A stretch of DNA of 47,256 nucleotides, from NCBI GenBank assembly GCA_018657475.1, contig JABHXC010000021.1:1-47256 (forward strand), read 5' to 3'. The DNA comes from Candidatus Woesearchaeota archaeon (GTDB taxonomy: Archaea > Nanobdellota > Nanobdellia > Woesearchaeales > GW2011-AR9). A program made the position numbers and the translations under genes. This document shows positions 1-9,021 of the stretch, in pieces; the first letter of the stretch is position 1, and each line of letters opens with the position of its first letter. The notes beneath the pieces are model-generated. The model made no database searches, had not been told where the DNA came from, and saw only the letters and a list, made by a program, of their open reading frames with translations.

Positions 1-73
1 GATATCTCCTCGCGCTCCATTTTTATTCTTCATCACAATAATGTTAATATACAACAATCTCTCATAAAACTCT

Positions 74-703
74 ATGAAAAGAGGGGCGTTACTAATTATA
101 TTCTGTTTACTTGCAACAGCAGTTACTGCTCTTCCTACATTAGATTTTGATAATAAACAACCAGCAGATTGGCAGTGTAGTAATTATCGTTCTGCAGAAA
201 AAACATTTGACGCAGAATATTCCACAACAAAAGTAGGTCTAGTTTGCGGTGAAGATTCTTTTATCAAACTTTATGAATGTCTTGACACTAACTGTAATAA
301 TCGTATTAATGTAGGTGAGGCCTATAAGGTAAATTACATTCTACCACAATTTGTCGACTATACTCTTAAAACTAATTATCATTATCAATGTTATGTTTGT
401 AAAAATCCTGCAGACAATGTTCCTCCAGAAATTTCTGGCCCAACAATTATAAGGGTTGAAGAAGGTGAAACAGTGGAATTAAATGCCAATTGCACAGATC
501 CAGAAAATGATGTAGTCTCGGGAATTCGTTATAATGGCTGGATGAACTCACAAACAAAAACTACAACTTACACTGACGAAGGTAACCATAAGGTAACATT
601 AATCTGTGAAGATGAGTTTCAGGGAAGAACTGAAAAAGTAGTTCAAGTAATAGTAAAAAATAATAATCGTGCACCGCAAATACTAACCATTAATCAACGG
701 TGA
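74..703 (+). CDS. secreted Cys-rich protein with a PKD/cadherin-like Ig-fold repeat
   Basis: ORF-track ORF. N-terminal hydrophobic signal MKRGALLIIFCLLATAVTALP and many Cys in the first half. C-terminal segment PPEISGPTIIRVEEGETVELNANCTDPENDVV...HKVTLICEDEFQG resembles PKD/cadherin repeats. Confidence 0.6.
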   Translation: MKRGALLIIFCLLATAVTALPTLDFDNKQPADWQCSNYRSAEKTFDAEYSTTKVGLVCGEDSFIKLYECLDTNCNNRINVGEAYKVNYILPQFVDYTLKTNYHYQCYVCKNPADNVPPEISGPTIIRVEEGETVELNANCTDPENDVVSGIRYNGWMNSQTKTTTYTDEGNHKVTLICEDEFQGRTEKVVQVIVKNNNRAPQILTINQR

Positions 704-1719
704 AGAACTTCTGGAAAATAAGTATATTTGTACTCCGCAAATGTTAATAAGCTTTCATAGTTTTCTATAATTTCATTAAACTTTTCTCTAAATTCTGTAA
801 TTACATCATGGAAATGAAAATTGTTTTTAACAATAATATAAGTGATGTTATCAACTCCCCCCAAACACTGGGCAGACCATAATACATTTGGGTGCTGTTT
901 AAGGAACCCTGCAAACTTCTTTTCTTTTTCTATTGTAAAATTTTTAAACTGAAAGAATAATGTGTAAACGCTATACTCTAACGCTGCATAGTTAATAATT
1001 GGTCTAAATGCAACAATTATTTTCCCTTTAATTAATTTCTTAATTCTGTAAATAACAGTATCTACACTAATTTCTAACTTACTTGCCAAGTTCACCATTG
1101 TTATTCTAGCATCGTTGGCTAGTAAGGTTAGAATCTTATAGTCTGTGTTATCTAATGTAACCTCTTGCTGTGTTTTACCAAATCCACTGTGGAAAGATCC
1201 GTCTCTTCCAATTTTTTGCAACTCTAAAGAAAAGTTATACATACATTTTGGATAAACTTTTGATGTTACTGTTTGTAATAATTGACAAACCATTTGTGAT
1301 TTTAACTGTTTTGCCGAGAGATCTTTTAGTTCTTCATTCAGAGAGTTTGTGTCAGGAACAACATATGCTAATTCAAAATCAAACTTTCCAGTATATTTTA
1401 AAATTGCATTTGTTTTTGGATTTTTCACACTTTCTTGTGCAAATTTTTCTGCAATAACTTTTTTTGGATTTTGTAATTGAACAAAGATGTGGTAAGAAAT
1501 TTGTTTTAATAATTTCAAGTTTACCACTGTTTGAAAACCTAATAAAACCTTTTTTTCTTGTAATCTTACTATTCTTTGTTTAACTGCTTCTCTAGAAAGA
1601 TTAACATGCTTTGCTATGGTTGAATAAGAGAATCTTGCGTTGTGAGAAAGTAAGTAAAGAATTTTTTTATCTATTAAATCAATCATTACTTTTTTACGTT
1701 CTGGAACTAATACTCTCAT
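694..1719 (-). CDS. tandem (duplicated) Lrp/AsnC-family transcriptional regulator
   Basis: Two HTH_AsnC-like modules (IDKKILYLLSHNARFSYSTIAKHVNLSREAVKQRIVRLQEKKVL and TDYKILTLLANDARITMVNLASKLEISVDTVIYRIKKLIKGKII), each followed by a RAM-like region. An alternative start at the ATG at 1686 (MIDLIDKK) is possible. Confidence 0.75.
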   Translation of the reverse strand: MRVLVPERKKVMIDLIDKKILYLLSHNARFSYSTIAKHVNLSREAVKQRIVRLQEKKVLLGFQTVVNLKLLKQISYHIFVQLQNPKKVIAEKFAQESVKNPKTNAILKYTGKFDFELAYVVPDTNSLNEELKDLSAKQLKSQMVCQLLQTVTSKVYPKCMYNFSLELQKIGRDGSFHSGFGKTQQEVTLDNTDYKILTLLANDARITMVNLASKLEISVDTVIYRIKKLIKGKIIVAFRPIINYAALEYSVYTLFFQFKNFTIEKEKKFAGFLKQHPNVLWSAQCLGGVDNITYIIVKNNFHFHDVITEFREKFNEIIENYESLLTFAEYKYTYFPEVLHR

Positions 1720-1838
1720 AGAACTAGCGAATTTCTTAAAGTATTTAAGCCTGTTTAGAGAAAAGCATGCATTTCCCGCAAACGTTTAATATACAAAAAT
1801 GTATACTAATGTTCTATAAAACATCAAGGAGTAAAAAA

Positions 1839-2261
1839 ATGACAACAAATGAAAATTATTTAGCTGTGATGAATATGAGTTTAGATAAATTAGGAGATTA
1901 TTCTGCCTTAGGTAATTTTATTGGTGGTCTTTTAAAAGATGAAAATGTTCAACACATTAAGATTGGTCCAGAAATAAATAGTGAGGGCCATCCAATACAG
2001 GGCTTAGAAAGAGAGATTTATGGGGTTGGTATTTTTGTAAGAGAGAACGATCTTGCTCCTGGTTTAAGTGAAAAGACAACACCTTACAATTTTGTCAATG
2101 GTGGGCCATTAACGTATGATGAAGCAATTGCTATTGAACCACATTTTGATAAAAAATTAGAGTCTGCACTCAATAGACTGTTTAAAGAAAGTCAACAACC
2201 TGCGTTAGATATAACTTCTCGTTTTGAGGATGTTTCAGACGCATACAGATTAGCTTCATAA
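1839..2261 (+). CDS. hypothetical protein
   Basis: Track ORF 1767..2261. The internal ATG at 1839 is preceded by AAGGAG (1826-1831), so the shorter form is preferred. No recognisable motif. Confidence 0.5.
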   Translation: MTTNENYLAVMNMSLDKLGDYSALGNFIGGLLKDENVQHIKIGPEINSEGHPIQGLEREIYGVGIFVRENDLAPGLSEKTTPYNFVNGGPLTYDEAIAIEPHFDKKLESALNRLFKESQQPALDITSRFEDVSDAYRLAS

Positions 2262-2397
2262 TTTTTTTATTTTTTTAAAAACATAAAAATGATAAGTAAA
2301 ACAGGAATAAGATTTACGTTTTCTCAAGACTCCAAAAAGAGGTGAACTTTTTTAATTTGCAGCAAACGCTTAAAAACTCACAAAATTATCTTTTATT

Positions 2398-3483
2398 ATG
2401 AACAAGAAATCAATATCTTCTGTAGAATTGACAGCAATAGTTGAAGAACTACAATTTCTGGTTAAAGGAAAGTTTACACAGATTTACCATCAAGAGAAAA
2501 GAGAATTACTTTTACAATTACATGCTTCTGGGAAAGGTAAATTATTACTAAAAATCATTCCAGGGAAATATGTTTGTTTCACAAAAACAAAACAATCACA
2601 ATTAAGACCAACTGGTTTTTGTATGTTATTAAGAAAATATATTGGAAACGGTTTTATTAGAAGTATAAAACAACAAGGTGCGGAAAGAATTCTTGTTATG
2701 GAAATAGAAAGAAAAGAGACATATTACTTAATTTTTGAATTATTTTCTAAGGGGAATATTATTCTTACAGATAAAGATTATACAGTTATTGGTGCATTAG
2801 ATCAAAATACTTGGAAGAATAGGACTATTCGAACAAGGTACCCTTATGTTTTTCCAGAAGTGAGAGTAAATTGGAAAAAGATTACCCCGAAACAACTTAA
2901 AGAATTGTTACAAAAAAGTGAGAAAAAAAATCTTGCAACAGCATTAGCAACAGAAGTGGGTTTAGGAGGTTTGTATGCAGAAGAAGTGTGTCTAAAGGCA
3001 ACAGTAGATAAAACTGTACTTCCCCCAGAAGTTTCTGCAGTACAAGTAAAATCTCTCATTGCAGCCATTGATGAGATTCATAAAGCGCTTAAAAAACCTA
3101 CTGGAAATATTTATGAAAACGAAATAACTCCTTTTATTTTAGAAGGGAAAAAACCACTGAAAACTGTTACATCTTATACTTCTGCGTTAGATTTGCTTAA
3201 ACCTTTCCAAGTAACCTCTCCTTATGAAAAGAAAATAGCTACTATTGGAAGGATGATTGGCAGGCAAGAAGAAGCATTAAATAATTTACAAAAAAAAATA
3301 GATTTAAACAAACAAAAAGGTGAATTAATTTATGGGCAGTATCAACCACTAAGTAAATTGTTATCTATTGTAAAAACATTAAGAGAAAAGAAAACGTGGA
3401 ACGATGTAGGCACTGAGTTAAAGAAAGAGAAAAAAATAACTCAAGTTAATTTAAAGAAAAAATCTGTAACTATCGAGCTTTAA
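2398..3483 (+). CDS. NFACT-N domain protein (RqcH/NEMF/FbpA-like ribosome quality control factor), short form
   Basis: The N-terminus (SSVELTAIVEELQFLVKGKFTQIYHQEKRELLLQLH...GNIILTDKDYTVIG) is typical NFACT-N. It is followed by an HhH-like segment LATALATEVGLGGLYAEEVCLKA and the start of a coiled coil. The protein ends at 361 aa without an NFACT-R region. Confidence 0.7.
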   Translation: MNKKSISSVELTAIVEELQFLVKGKFTQIYHQEKRELLLQLHASGKGKLLLKIIPGKYVCFTKTKQSQLRPTGFCMLLRKYIGNGFIRSIKQQGAERILVMEIERKETYYLIFELFSKGNIILTDKDYTVIGALDQNTWKNRTIRTRYPYVFPEVRVNWKKITPKQLKELLQKSEKKNLATALATEVGLGGLYAEEVCLKATVDKTVLPPEVSAVQVKSLIAAIDEIHKALKKPTGNIYENEITPFILEGKKPLKTVTSYTSALDLLKPFQVTSPYEKKIATIGRMIGRQEEALNNLQKKIDLNKQKGELIYGQYQPLSKLLSIVKTLREKKTWNDVGTELKKEKKITQVNLKKKSVTIEL

Positions 3484-3485
3484 AT

Positions 3486-4256
3486 TTATTTCTTCTTTCC
3501 CATTCCTTCGAACGCTTTCAAAATTTCCAGTGGAACAGCAAAGATTACAGTATTACTTTGATCTGAAGACATATCATTGATGCTCTGTAACGTTCGTAGA
3601 TGTAACGCGCCTGGCGCTTTAGATAACATTGTAGCAGCTTTTGACATGTTAGCAGCAGCAGCAACTTCTCCTTGTGCTTTGATAATCACTGCACGTTTCT
3701 CTCTTTCAGATTCAGCTTCTTTGGCCATAGTTCTTTTCATGTTTTCTGGAAGTTCAACATGTTTAAGATCAACTGAATCTACCTTAATCCCCCAAGGATC
3801 TGTAGCTTTATCAACAAGTTGCTGAATTCTTTTTGAAATGTCATCTCGGTTTGCTAATAATTCATCTAATGTAGCTTCCCCTACAACATCCCTCATTGTA
3901 GTTTGGGATAATTGCGAAGTTGCATAAAAATAATTTTCAACACTCAATATTGCTTTTGATGCCTCTGAAACTTTGAAGTATAATACTGCATTAACTCTAA
4001 CAGAAACATTATCTTTTGTAATACAATCCTGATCAGGAACATCTACTGCTTTAACTCTTAAATCGACTTTTTGCCATGATTGAATAACCGGAATAACAAT
4101 ACGTAAACCTGGTTTCATTACCCCAGAAAACTTACCTAATGTGAATTTAACTCCACGTTCATACTCTTTTACTACTCTTAATCCAGAGAGTACAACAATA
4201 ATTAAAAGAACAACAACTGTTGGAATTGCTATAATCGCCATATGTAAACCACCCAC
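3486..4256 (-). CDS. SPFH/band-7 (stomatin/prohibitin-like) membrane protein
   Basis: N-terminal TM segment followed by a band-7 core (VKEYERGVKFTLGKF...GLRIVIPVIQSW...VDVPDQDCITKDNVSVRVNAVLYFKV...TTMRDVVGE). Confidence 0.85.
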   Translation of the reverse strand: MGGLHMAIIAIPTVVVLLIIVVLSGLRVVKEYERGVKFTLGKFSGVMKPGLRIVIPVIQSWQKVDLRVKAVDVPDQDCITKDNVSVRVNAVLYFKVSEASKAILSVENYFYATSQLSQTTMRDVVGEATLDELLANRDDISKRIQQLVDKATDPWGIKVDSVDLKHVELPENMKRTMAKEAESEREKRAVIIKAQGEVAAAANMSKAATMLSKAPGALHLRTLQSINDMSSDQSNTVIFAVPLEILKAFEGMGKKK

Positions 4257-4299
4257 TGGACAAGTACACGTAGACTATTTAAATGTTGTTTTTTCTAAA

Positions 4300-5028
4300 A
4301 TGCTTATGATCCAACAATCATTTATTTTTCTTGAAAAAGTGGGTAGAAAGAAAGAACAGAAAATCTTTCAACAAGCAAAGAATTGGCAACAATTCCTAAA
4401 TAAAGACAAAATAAAAGGAATAGCTACAAAGAAAAAGTTCCAGTATGACCGTCAAATCCAAGAAGCTCAAAAATCTTTAAAAGAAGAAAAACCAGAATAT
4501 TTTGTTAATCGACTTCCTAAGAAAGAAATGTGGCGTCTTTACAATTACTTTAAAGAAGATTGTTGCTTTCTTGACATTGAGGTTGACAGTAAAGGACAAA
4601 TCATCATAGTGGGTATTTCTAATGATTATTCCACAAAGACTTTTGTTGCAGGAATAAATCTAGATAAAAACTCTATTCAAAAAGAACTTCAAAAATACAA
4701 AATCATTATTACTTTTAATGGTGGTGCTTTTGACTTACCTAAATTAAGAAAACAGTTACAACTCCGGTTAACGCAACCACATATTGACTTAAAACCATTA
4801 TGTGTTAATTTAGGACTAAAAGGCGGATTAAAAGAAATAGAACGAATTCTTCAACTAAAAAGGCCACAGAATCTTCAAGGAAGCCCTGTTAGTTTATGGA
4901 AAGCATTTCACGCTTCTGGGGATAAAGAATATTTAGATTTATTAATTCAGTATAACAATGAGGATTGTGAAAACTTAAGAGCTATCATAAACAAAGTTTA
5001 TGGTGAGTTAAGCAAATTTTACCAATAG
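4300..5028 (+). CDS. RNase H-fold (YprB-like/DEDD-type) predicted exonuclease
   Basis: Track ORF 4141..5028 overlaps the stomatin gene, so the start was trimmed to the ATG at 4300. Acidic motifs FLDIEVD, ITFNGGAFDLP and YNNEDCENL are spaced as in RNase_H_2/PolB-exo-like domains. Confidence 0.5.
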   Translation: MLMIQQSFIFLEKVGRKKEQKIFQQAKNWQQFLNKDKIKGIATKKKFQYDRQIQEAQKSLKEEKPEYFVNRLPKKEMWRLYNYFKEDCCFLDIEVDSKGQIIIVGISNDYSTKTFVAGINLDKNSIQKELQKYKIIITFNGGAFDLPKLRKQLQLRLTQPHIDLKPLCVNLGLKGGLKEIERILQLKRPQNLQGSPVSLWKAFHASGDKEYLDLLIQYNNEDCENLRAIINKVYGELSKFYQ

Positions 5029-5157
5029 TTAATTTTTATTTTATTAACATATAAATAAACTCTTAATCAGTAATTATATCAGAATTTTCCTATTACTTCA
5101 ACAATCTACTTTTAAAGAAGCAGAAAGTATTTATTGAATTGCAACTCTAAAGCAAAT

Positions 5158-5673
5158 ATGGGGTTTAATTTTAATTTTAGAGATATTAGTAGTCATAAAG
5201 ATCTACAAATGTTAGTAGATTTTTTAATAAAGCAAGATCTTGGTTATCCACAATATGAAAGTTGGGTGCAACGAACAGAACATGAACTTGACACCGGATA
5301 TAAAAATGCCATCTTAGCGTTTAGTGATGGTCATTTAGTGGGTGATTTAATTTATCAACCACACAAAGAGTTACCAAATATAGGTGAAATAAAAAATCTA
5401 AGAATTCATCCTGGAGTTAGACGACGATACTTTGCTCAATTCATGCTACGACAAGTAGAAATAGAACAAGCAAATAGATTTTCTACACTTCTCGTTGATG
5501 TTCGATCTAATCAATCTGATGTTATCACTGCTTTTAGAGTAGCTGGCTACACAGAAGTCTTAAGAACACCATTGTATGACCCAAATATTGAAGATGTTGT
5601 TATGACAAAGTGTTTTGATAAAACTACTGAAATGGGCATTTTACACAAAACTAGGAGACTAATCTTAGGCTAA
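5158..5673 (+). CDS. GNAT-family N-acetyltransferase
   Basis: The track ORF starts at a TTG at 5134; the first ATG is at 5158. GNAT motif-A-like segment IKNLRIHPGVRRRYFAQFMLRQVE, with size and layout typical of the family. Confidence 0.55.
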   Translation: MGFNFNFRDISSHKDLQMLVDFLIKQDLGYPQYESWVQRTEHELDTGYKNAILAFSDGHLVGDLIYQPHKELPNIGEIKNLRIHPGVRRRYFAQFMLRQVEIEQANRFSTLLVDVRSNQSDVITAFRVAGYTEVLRTPLYDPNIEDVVMTKCFDKTTEMGILHKTRRLILG

Positions 5674-5720
5674 CTTTGTAGGCAATAACTATTTAAACTC
5701 CCTCCTCCAACCTTTACCCT

Positions 5721-6839
5721 ATGGCAACGGTAACTCCTTGGGAAGTAAAGGGTAATATTGATTATGATAAATTAATCAAAAATTGTGGTTTAAAACCGCT
5801 AAAAAATCTTCCAGAAATATTTCAAAAGCAAGTATTGTTTAGAAGAGAAATTATTTTTGCTCATCGTGACTTTAAAAGGATAGTCGATGCTGTTGAGAAT
5901 AATGACTCTTTTGTAATGATGACTGGATTAATGCCTTCTGGCAAGTTTCATTTTGGCCATAAAATGGTTGCTGACCAAATAATCTTCTACCAAAATTTAG
6001 GTGCTAAAGTATATCTTACTGTTGCTGATATTGAAGCTTATAACTCAAGAACTACTGATATGGAGTTGTTAAGAAAAACAGCGATAGAAGAATATCTTAC
6101 AAATTATGTCGCTTTAGGGTTAGATCTTGATAAGTGCGATTTTTATTTTCAATCTAAAAGATCTAATGATGGGAAAAAATCTAATGCTTATTATAGCTTA
6201 GCTTCAATGCTAGCAAGACACGCAACATTTAATGAGTTTAAAGCAATTTATGGTACTGTTTCTCCTGGAAAACTATCTGCTTCTTTACTTCAAGCAGCAG
6301 ACATGTTACATCCTCAACTACCTGAATTTTCTGAGAAACCTTTACCTGTTGTAATTCCTGTTGGTGCAGATCAAGATCCTCACTTAAGAATCGCTAGAGA
6401 TGTTGCTAAGAGAATAAAGCTTCATAAATTCATTCCGTTAAGTTCAACAAACCATAAGTTCATGCCAGGATTAAAAGGTGGAAAAATGTCTTCTTCAGAT
6501 GAAACATCGTACATTGCGCTAAGTGATTCTCCAGAAGCAGCAGCAAAGAAAATTAAGAAGTATGCTTTTTCTGGTGGTCAAGCCACTTTAGAAGAACATC
6601 GTAAGAAAGGCGGAAATCCTGATGTTGACGTTTCTTATCAAATGCTATTTTATGGTTTGGAAGAAGATGATAAGAAACTTAAAGAAATTTATGCCAATTA
6701 CAAGTCTGGAAAATTACTTTCTGGAGAATTAAAAAATATTGTTATTGAAAAACTAACTACTTTTTTAACAGAACATCATAAAAAACGAAAAGCTGCAGAA
6801 AAAGTGGTCAAGAAGTATATTCTTGAACACAATCTTTAA
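5721..6839 (+). CDS. trpS: tryptophanyl-tRNA synthetase, archaeal/eukaryal type
   Basis: N-terminus VTPWEVKGNIDYDKLI, HIGH-type motif GKFHFGH, KMSKS-type motif GGKMSSSD; length 372 aa. Confidence 0.9.
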   Translation: MATVTPWEVKGNIDYDKLIKNCGLKPLKNLPEIFQKQVLFRREIIFAHRDFKRIVDAVENNDSFVMMTGLMPSGKFHFGHKMVADQIIFYQNLGAKVYLTVADIEAYNSRTTDMELLRKTAIEEYLTNYVALGLDLDKCDFYFQSKRSNDGKKSNAYYSLASMLARHATFNEFKAIYGTVSPGKLSASLLQAADMLHPQLPEFSEKPLPVVIPVGADQDPHLRIARDVAKRIKLHKFIPLSSTNHKFMPGLKGGKMSSSDETSYIALSDSPEAAAKKIKKYAFSGGQATLEEHRKKGGNPDVDVSYQMLFYGLEEDDKKLKEIYANYKSGKLLSGELKNIVIEKLTTFLTEHHKKRKAAEKVVKKYILEHNL

Positions 6840-6880
6840 ATACGTAAAATTATTCTTTAAAGTAAAAGAGGTTGATAACT

Positions 6881-7078
6881 ATGGCAAAAAAGAAACCAAG
6901 AAAGTTTCATTATGCACCATTAAAAAGCAGTTTTATGCTAATTGCTATTTTAGGTTTTCTTATTTCAGCTTATTATTTGTTCCCATTAAGTTTTAATTTT
7001 GGTATTGCCGCAATGATAATTTTTGCTGCAATGTTTGTTGCTTCGTTAGTTAGTATGACAAAAGCACCGGTGATGTAA
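6881..7078 (+). CDS. small two-TM membrane protein
   Basis: ATG at 6881 is preceded by AGAGGT. Basic N-terminus followed by two hydrophobic helices. The next gene starts 2 nt after its stop. Confidence 0.5.
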   Translation: MAKKKPRKFHYAPLKSSFMLIAILGFLISAYYLFPLSFNFGIAAMIIFAAMFVASLVSMTKAPVM

Positions 7079-7080
7079 AG

Positions 7081-7533
7081 ATGGTAATAAAAAAAACAGC
7101 AGGATTTCGTTGGGAATTTCCCTTACAAACAATGTATTTTTTAAGAATAGAACTAGTTTTTATAGCATTAATTGCAGCACTTGTTTTTTTAATGACTTTT
7201 TTTGGTATGGGTGATGCTTTCGTTGCTGGGTTATTATTTGCAATAGTTTTTTTAGGTTTATATGTTGTAATTTCAAGAACCATTCAAACAATTCGTCAAG
7301 TAGAAGAACACTATAAAATTTCTAGAACTCATCTTGAAGTGACAAGAAAAACAAAAAAAAGAACAAAAAAATTTAAAGTTGCACTGAAAGATGTTGTGCA
7401 CCATAAATTAGATAAAATCTTTCTTGGTGGTTATGTTTTAACTAAACAAGGAGCAAAACATCCTTTATTTTTTAATACTAAGAAAGAGCTTGAACAATTT
7501 GAAAAAATTCTCTTGAAGGGTTTAAAAAAATAA
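7081..7533 (+). CDS. membrane protein with cytoplasmic basic domain (possible bPH-like)
   Basis: Two TM helices followed by a soluble domain (ISRTHLEVTRKTKKRTKKFKVALKDVVHHKLDKIFLGGYVL). Tightly linked to the upstream small membrane ORF. Confidence 0.5.
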   Translation: MVIKKTAGFRWEFPLQTMYFLRIELVFIALIAALVFLMTFFGMGDAFVAGLLFAIVFLGLYVVISRTIQTIRQVEEHYKISRTHLEVTRKTKKRTKKFKVALKDVVHHKLDKIFLGGYVLTKQGAKHPLFFNTKKELEQFEKILLKGLKK

Positions 7534-7534
7534 T

Positions 7535-7831
7535 TTACTTAAACTTTTCATCAAATTTTTCTTTAGCTTTATTTTCCTTAAAGAAAATTTCATGTGATGC
7601 CCTTTTTTCAAATAATGCCACTGCCAATCTCACAACATTTTCACTTTCATTCAAGCTATGTTTTATGGCCAATGCTCTTGCTTCTCTTAATGCATGATCC
7701 AGAACTTTAAAATTTTCTTGTTTGCACTTTTCTGCAGCAAGTGATTCTTCTTCATTAGTTAAAGTAATTTCTTCCCAAGTAGGATAATTACTTCCTGGGG
7801 TCGTCTTTGGGAACGTCTTTGAGAATGCCAT
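7535..7831 (-). CDS. hypothetical protein
   Basis: Track ORF of 98 aa that fills the gap between neighbouring genes. No motif recognised. Confidence 0.4.
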   Translation of the reverse strand: MAFSKTFPKTTPGSNYPTWEEITLTNEEESLAAEKCKQENFKVLDHALREARALAIKHSLNESENVVRLAVALFEKRASHEIFFKENKAKEKFDEKFK

Positions 7832-7879
7832 AATAAAAACATTACTTCAACCTATAAAATAATTATGGCGGTAAAAACA

Positions 7880-8374
7880 TTATTTCTTCCAATAATAAAT
7901 TATTAATCCTATTGCAGCAATGGTTAACGCAGTATCTGCTAGATTAAATGCTGGCCAGAATGAAAAATTAATAAAATCAATAACAAACTTTCTAAATAAT
8001 CGATCAATAAGATTACCTATTAATCCTCCCAAAAACAAAGCAAATAATAATTGTGGCATTAACTTTTTATCAATTTTATTATATGATCCAATCAACACAA
8101 TTCCAATAATTATTGATAAAATGGCAAGGGTTAATGTTTGTCCTTGTAATATCCCAAATCCTGCTCCTGTATTCTGAATATAATTAATTGAAACAAATCT
8201 TGTATGCCATTGTGGCTGTAAAGAAATAATCAACCATTTTGTTAGTTGATCAAGAAGTACTACTTCTGCAACAATTCCACCAAAAATAACAGGATAACGT
8301 TTCCTTACAAAGAAATCTTTAGATTTTTTGTTCCAAAAATGGCGGATTGAACCTAAATCCATTTTTCTTACCAT
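7880..8374 (-). CDS. lspA: lipoprotein signal peptidase (signal peptidase II)
   Basis: Four TM segments with the two conserved Asp-containing blocks (INYIQNTGAGFGIL and WPAFNLADTALTIA). Confidence 0.8.
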   Translation of the reverse strand: MVRKMDLGSIRHFWNKKSKDFFVRKRYPVIFGGIVAEVVLLDQLTKWLIISLQPQWHTRFVSINYIQNTGAGFGILQGQTLTLAILSIIIGIVLIGSYNKIDKKLMPQLLFALFLGGLIGNLIDRLFRKFVIDFINFSFWPAFNLADTALTIAAIGLIIYYWKK

Positions 8375-8679
8375 AACTTTTGTTGTGGCGGTTCTGGAGC
8401 TTTTGATTGTTCTAATCTTGCTAGCCTTTGTTCCATGGTGTTTAACATTGCTTTAATGGTGTCTAGTTTGCTATTGATCAATTCTAACTGTTGAACATCT
8501 CCGCTACCATGCTGCTGTAAATCAGGCATTTTTGGCTGTTGTGTGAATGGAGACTGATTAAATGGAGATTTTTCTAAGCCAAGAGGGTCAGGTTTTTGAG
8601 AAGTTTGCAGTTCTTTATCTGCTAAATTATCAAAATCAAACTCATCCTCTTTTTTCCAAAATTTAAGTTTATCAAACAT
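8368..8679 (-). CDS. hypothetical coiled-coil protein
   Basis: Track ORF whose stop overlaps the lspA start by 7 nt, suggesting operon coupling. Q/P-rich middle region and C-terminal coiled coil. Confidence 0.5.
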   Translation of the reverse strand: MFDKLKFWKKEDEFDFDNLADKELQTSQKPDPLGLEKSPFNQSPFTQQPKMPDLQQHGSGDVQQLELINSKLDTIKAMLNTMEQRLARLEQSKAPEPPQQKLW

Positions 8680-8762
8680 TTTATTTACTTAGTATTCTTT
8701 TATTTGTTTTAAAGCTTTTTCTTCCCAAAATGTTTATAAATGCTATCCTAACCAATAAAAAC

Positions 8763-8990
8763 ATGACAAAAACAGATAATGCAGAGAAAATTGGTTTTCA
8801 CAAAGGCTCTTTAGCTACACTTACTAAGGAAAGAGAAGAATTCATGCGTATTCTTCAGATTGTTGAACAACTCATGCAAATGCACATTAAAGAATTAAAA
8901 GATTTAGGTGTTGATTTAATGAAAGAAGCTAAAGCAGCAACTAAACAGTTAAAAGGAAAAACACCAATTGAAGACGTTCTTAAGAAATAA
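8763..8990 (+). CDS. hypothetical small protein
   Basis: The first ATG of the track ORF (8730) lies inside a TATA-like box ATGTTTATAAATG. The ATG at 8763 is about 25-30 nt downstream, consistent with a leaderless transcript. Confidence 0.4.
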   Translation: MTKTDNAEKIGFHKGSLATLTKEREEFMRILQIVEQLMQMHIKELKDLGVDLMKEAKAATKQLKGKTPIEDVLKK

Positions 8991-9021
8991 TTTTTTTAAA
9001 TTATAAAAAAATAAAAAAAAT

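Noticed and set aside
1-20. Possible start of a minus-strand gene (ATGGAGCGCGAGGAGATATC...) running off the 5' edge
   Set aside because: Only 6 codons are visible, so it cannot be supported.
1170-1457. Track ORFs antisense to well-supported genes. These are 1170..1457, 2844..3068, 3577..3825, 7050..7283, 7920..8177, 9176..9367, 11211..11600, 11622..11813, 11919..12218, 14813..15010, 16905..17225, 17493..17777, 18365..18613, 18971..19189, 19227..19457, 19296..19562, 22776..22994, 23258..23476, 23414..23872, 25351..25551, 25583..25780, 27114..27332, 27711..27917, 30494..30739, 32641..32841, 33024..33605, 33718..33915, 35286..35483, 36189..36470, 37264..37455, 40038..40262, 41294..41581, 43061..43249 and 43160..43468.
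   Set aside because: Each lies inside or opposite a gene with strong motif support, or overlaps a tRNA. They have low-complexity or odd composition and no start context. They are treated as shadow ORFs.
4141-4299. N-terminal extensions of track ORFs: 4141..4299, 1767..1838, 5134..5157, 8730..8762, 10051..10107, 12374..12469, 26663..26746, 30630..30641, 40419..40427 and 43913..43951
   Set aside because: The extensions overlap neighbouring genes or TATA boxes, or they start at non-ATG codons upstream of an ATG that has a better SD or promoter context. The shorter forms were preferred, but the starts remain unverified.
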